NCBI GenBank assembly: GCA_050260975.1
Contig: JBLNCV010000162.1
Location: 1-40,518 of the forward strand
DNA from: Syntrophothermus sp.
GTDB taxonomy: Bacteria; Bacillota; UBA5301; JAMCQP01
Length of the DNA stretch: 40,518 nucleotides
Direction: 5' to 3'
The notes beneath the pieces are model-generated. The model had not been told where the DNA came from, did no database searches, and saw only the letters and a list, made by a program, of their open reading frames with translations. This document shows, one piece after another, positions 39,852 through 40,518 of the stretch; the stretch's first letter is position 1, and the number at the start of each line of letters is the position of its first letter. The position numbers and the translations under genes are program-made.

Positions 39852-40518
39852 GCAGGTATTGGGGCGCGGTCTGGGTGCATTGATTCAGGAAGTCGATAGC
39901 GTGGATCAATCAGCCGTACGGAACCTTCCTATTTCGGCGATCAAACCGAATCCATTTCAGCCACGGCAGCATTTTGACGAAGAGAAACTTGCGGAGCTCG
40001 CTGCTTCAATAAAGGAGCATGGTGTTGTACAACCCCTCATTCTGCGCCAACGAGAAGAAGGATATGAACTGGTCGCGGGAGAACGTCGTTGGCGTGCCGC
40101 ACAGTTGGCCGGGTTAAAAGAGGTGCCGGTGGTTGTCAAAGGGTTAAACGATCTTCAAATGATGCAGATTGCCCTGGTGGAAAATCTTCAGCGAGAAGAT
40201 CTTAACCCTCTCGAAGAGGCCCGGGCGTATGCCAGGCTACTAAATGAGTTTTCCATGACGCAGGAAGAGATTGCTTTTACAGTCGGAAAGAGCCGTCCTG
40301 TAGTGGCCAACACACTGCGCCTTCTTCATTTGCCCGAGGAGATTCAGGAGAGTGTTTCACGTGGAACAATAAGTATGGGGCATGCACGGACAATTCTGGG
40401 ATTGGAGAGCCCGGAGCAGCAGATCACCGCCTGGGAAAAGATTCTCAAAGATCAGCTCAGTGTTCGAGAGACCGAAAGGCTTGTGGAGTCCCTAAAAGAG
40501 AAAGTTTCCACTGCTCCA
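39844..40518 (+). CDS. parB: ParB/Spo0J, 3' end runs off the window
   Basis: Not in the ORF track. GTG 39844 after GGAGGT gives MVRQVLGRGLGALI..., NPFQPR, VAGERRWRAA, ENLQREDLNPLEEA, GKSRPVVANTLRLL, SMGHAR. Confidence 0.97.
   Translation, partial: MVRQVLGRGLGALIQEVDSVDQSAVRNLPISAIKPNPFQPRQHFDEEKLAELAASIKEHGVVQPLILRQREEGYELVAGERRWRAAQLAGLKEVPVVVKGLNDLQMMQIALVENLQREDLNPLEEARAYARLLNEFSMTQEEIAFTVGKSRPVVANTLRLLHLPEEIQESVSRGTISMGHARTILGLESPEQQITAWEKILKDQLSVRETERLVESLKEKVSTAP
40353..40368. promoter_or_regulatory. parS site inside parB
   Basis: TGTTTCACGTGGAACA (reverse complement TGTTCCACGTGAAACA) matches the parS consensus. Confidence 0.9.

Overview
Replication-origin region of a spore-forming Bacillota (Firmicutes) chromosome; the taxonomy is inferred from abrB, csfB/gin, noc, a T-box and the B. 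subtilis-like gene order. oriC is split around dnaA. Rightward (+ strand): rpmH-rnpA-yidD-yidC-jag-mnmE-mnmG-rsmG-noc-parA-parB (truncated). Leftward (- strand): dnaA-dnaN-recF-remB-gyrB-gyrA, then 2-hydroxyacid dehydrogenase-yajQ-selA-selB-SbcD-like nuclease-SMC-like ATPase, then csfB-decarboxylase-AAA/R3H protein-darA-yaaR-holB-ricT, an oppositely oriented Mur-ligase gene, yazA-rsmI, abrB (+), a Met T-box, metG and tatD (truncated). The window is mostly housekeeping; I see no CRISPR array, prophage, rRNA/tRNA or clear new defence system. The most notable signals are: (1) noc and parB each carry their own cognate 16-bp binding site (NBS and parS) at exactly homologous codons; (2) a 323-bp MITE-like element with terminal inverted repeats and a target-site duplication sits between the T-box terminator and metG, and pieces of the same repeat family recur in the T-box, at the recF stop codon and between dnaN and recF; (3) a divergent Mur ligase lies antisense inside the conserved ricT-yazA operon; (4) usually conserved neighbours (tmk, yabA, yabB, yaaA) are missing or replaced. 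All calls come from motif recognition and synteny by eye, with no database searches.
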